A stretch of DNA of 63,561 nt, the filler included, from Eubacteriales bacterium (lineage in GTDB: Bacteria; Bacillota; Clostridia; Oscillospirales; CAG-382): NCBI GenBank assembly GCA_045636665.1. It is 6 parts of 6 records of this genome, joined end to end, with 100 filler letters (N's around TTAATTAATTAA, not from the genome) between each part and the next. Parts side by side here need not be neighbours in the genome. Positions count along the whole stretch, not along the records: positions 59,864 to 61,932 come from JAZTXY010000090.1; positions 62,033 to 63,561 come from JAZTXY010000096.1; 4 more parts are not named here. One strand, 5' to 3'. Below the pieces are notes generated by a model that saw only the letters and a list, made by a program, of their open reading frames with translations, did no database searches and was not told the DNA's origin. The translations under genes were made by a program, and so were the position numbers. How positions within the stretch are numbered: position 1 is the first letter of the stretch; each line of letters begins with the position of its first letter. Positions 61,481 to 63,561 of this stretch are shown here, in pieces.

Positions 61481-61633
61481 CGCTAACGCTCTCCATTGAA
61501 ATCACAAGGATTTCAATGGGGTTTTGGATGTCCGTTCGCTCGCGCCAACCTTGTGCGCCTCGCTTCGCTCGTTGTCCAAGGTTGCGAACATCATAGGTAT
61601 ATTTTTCGACGCACATGTCGCCGAAAAATATGA
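61481..61633 (-). repeat. Copy 3 of the structured GAAAAATATACCT element
   Basis: Reverse complement TCATATTTTTCGGCGACATGTGCGTCGAAAAATATACCT is nearly identical to 47954-47992. Confidence 0.85.
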
Positions 61634-61743
61634 GATTTGATGTAAAAACACTTCGTATTTTAATTAATTTATATTTTATATTGAAAAGTTTTGAAGGGTA
61701 TGGGAAACTTTTTCAAAAGTTTCCCGAACGTTCTCCTTGCCGT

Positions 61744-61932
61744 TTACCCTTCAAAAACGCTTTCGATAAGCTTATCACATCCGTCGGGCGAATATTGCCA
61801 ACGGTCGATATGGTCAATTTCGGGATATTCGTAATCGGGAATCGAGCTTTCGCGGTCGATGCAATCGATTATCGCCAATTTCACCTTCATTCTGTCGGGT
61901 ATAATATTTTTAATAAAAACGGCGGCGCTTTG
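61744..61932 (-). CDS. C-terminal fragment of a protein, possibly with an S1-like RNA-binding domain
   Basis: Manual translation QSAAVFIKNIIPDRMKVKLAIID...HIDRWQYSP...IESVFEG*. Confidence 0.55.
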   Translation of the reverse strand, partial: QSAAVFIKNIIPDRMKVKLAIIDCIDRESSIPDYEYPEIDHIDRWQYSPDGCDKLIESVFEG

Positions 61933-62032
61933 NNNNNNNNNNNNNNNNNNNNNNNNNNNNNNNNNNNNNNNNNNNNTTAATTAATTAANNNNNNNNNNNN
62001 NNNNNNNNNNNNNNNNNNNNNNNNNNNNNNNN
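61933..62032. other. Artificial contig linker
   Basis: N run, TTAATTAATTAA, N run. Confidence 0.98.
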
Positions 62033-62805
62033 CGGGTGCAGTGGATTCTCGACTGTTGACCTGCGCCTACGCCGATTGCCTGACCGTCTACTGCATAGCA
62101 TACCGAGTTGGATTGAGTATATTTAAGAGTGATAAGAGCAATGATAAGGTCGCGGATAGCGTTTTCGGGAAGCTCCTTGTTTTCGGTAACCACGTTATTA
62201 AGAAGTGCTTTGTTGATTTCAAAGTTGTTTCTTCCCTGCTCGAAGGTAATACCGAACACCTGCTTATGCTCGATTTCCGCAGGAACGTAGTTAGGATCGA
62301 TCTTAACCACGTTGTAACCGCCCTTGCGCTTGGATTTGAGAATTTCCAAAGCTTCGGGTTCATAGCCGGGTGCGATAATGCCGTCGGAAACCTCACGCGC
62401 GATCATCTTTGCGGTGGTAACGTCGCAAACGTCGGAAAGCGCAACCCAGTCACCGAAGGAGCACATTCTGTCGGTGCCTCTTGCGCGTGCATAAGCGCAA
62501 GCGAGAGGAGATTCATCCAAGCCCTCGATATCGTCAACGAAGCATGCCTTTTTGAGGTTATCCGAAAGAGGCACACCAACTGCCGCAGAGGTGGGGCTTA
62601 CGTGCTTAAAGGAGGTTACTGCAGGCAAGCCGAGAGCTTCTTTGAGTTCTTTAACCAACTGCCAAGAATTGAATGCATCAAGGAAATTAATGAAGCCGGG
62701 ACGGCCGTTGAGGATTTCAATGGGGAGCTCGCTGCCGTCGTGCATAAATATTTTAGCGGGCTTTTGGTTGGGGTTACAACCGTATTTAAGTTCAAATTCT
62801 TTCAT
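62033..62805 (-). CDS. AICAR formyltransferase (PurH C-terminal domain only; 3' truncated)
   Basis: Starts at [33 protein letters not shown]. Confidence 0.9.
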
Positions 62806-62817
62806 TTTTAATCTCCT

Positions 62818-63534
62818 TTATGCGTTTTTGTTAACGATTCTGGTTTCGGTTTCACCGCTTGCGATATCGATATATCTTACAAAGAGCGAAACCTTGTTTT
62901 CTTCATTAAGGTTAGTCCAGATGAGGTCGGTGAGAGTGTCGATATCCACATTGGGAAGCTCGAGAGTTTTGGGTTCGCCCTCAAAGGAAGGAAGCGGATC
63001 GCCCTCATCGTTATATGTGTGGATAAATTTAGCTACGCCGCATTTGGGGTTAGAGTAAGCGTATGTAAATCTTTCGCAAGAGGAATCATCGCCTTCCGCG
63101 CTTTTGAGGATCGACATAGCGTAGTTCATTTTGCCGTCTTCGACGTGGATGATGCCCGAAATTCTGGGAGTGAAGTTGGGCTTATCGTCTTCAAATTCGC
63201 GTGTTCTGAGAGCTTGTTCAAAGGTCATTTGCTTGTCCATAAGGTCATAAATCGTATCGGTTTGGTCACCGTTGGTAACGATCGTTTTGTTGCCAAGCAC
63301 TCTTACGGGATAATAGATGATAAGATGAGGATCGACCATCTTGGACTCATCGAACGCTTTGGTACGCATTGCTTCGCCTTCTGCAACGAAAACGCGGTTG
63401 CGGCTGTTAACACTGCGGCCCATAATGAAATATGCGGTTACGGCTTTATTTCCGTCGGCCGATTTGCCGATAACGATGCCTCTGCCGTGATATTTAAGTG
63501 AGTTGAGTTCGTTTGCGATAGTAGATACCTTCAT
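62818..63534 (-). CDS. PurO-like IMP cyclohydrolase
   Basis: Y.GRGI, YFIMGRS..SRNR, TNGDQTD, FTPRISG, IHTY. Confidence 0.88.
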   Translation of the reverse strand: MKVSTIANELNSLKYHGRGIVIGKSADGNKAVTAYFIMGRSVNSRNRVFVAEGEAMRTKAFDESKMVDPHLIIYYPVRVLGNKTIVTNGDQTDTIYDLMDKQMTFEQALRTREFEDDKPNFTPRISGIIHVEDGKMNYAMSILKSAEGDDSSCERFTYAYSNPKCGVAKFIHTYNDEGDPLPSFEGEPKTLELPNVDIDTLTDLIWTNLNEENKVSLFVRYIDIASGETETRIVNKNA

Positions 63535-63561
63535 TTTATTCTCCTTTTACAATTACTCTGT

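Overview
This window is not one locus. It is six contig pieces of a spore-forming Clostridia genome (probably an Oscillospirales-like metagenome bin), joined by artificial 100-nt N/TTAATTAATTAA/N linkers at 17441-17540, 40247-40346, 51529-51628, 59764-59863 and 61933-62032. Gene adjacency across a linker means nothing. Most content is housekeeping: leuACDB-ilvBH; spoIIAA-spoIIAB-sigF; pduL plus an IscU-like/GGGtGRT pair; trpS, a type II topoisomerase pair, gdpP-rplI-dnaB-tilS-ftsH; SRP RNA-dnaX-ybaB-recR; argG with ARG boxes; acpP-HAD-trkH-trkA plus a ydjIGH-like SPFH/Zn-ribbon/TPM module; ruvCAB; the tmRNA 3' end with a small accessory islet; phoPR with a Na/Pi transporter; rpmA-obgE; and a split purO/purH pair. 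The most unusual signal is non-coding: several families of short, highly structured intergenic elements. (1) A three-copy element whose stems differ in sequence but keep their pairing; one copy sits between perfect 29-bp direct repeats. (2) A modular element of four AGTTATAT boxes and four reverse-complement boxes with interleaved hairpins. (3) A REP-like CGGGGTCCCC hairpin nested in or beside the other two families. (4) An 88-bp duplication at the tmRNA 3' end. Many of their loops are GNA mini-hairpins, suggesting non-autonomous elements that act as folded single strands. No mobilising enzyme is encoded in the window. An untrimmed MGI adapter is present at 17400-17440.
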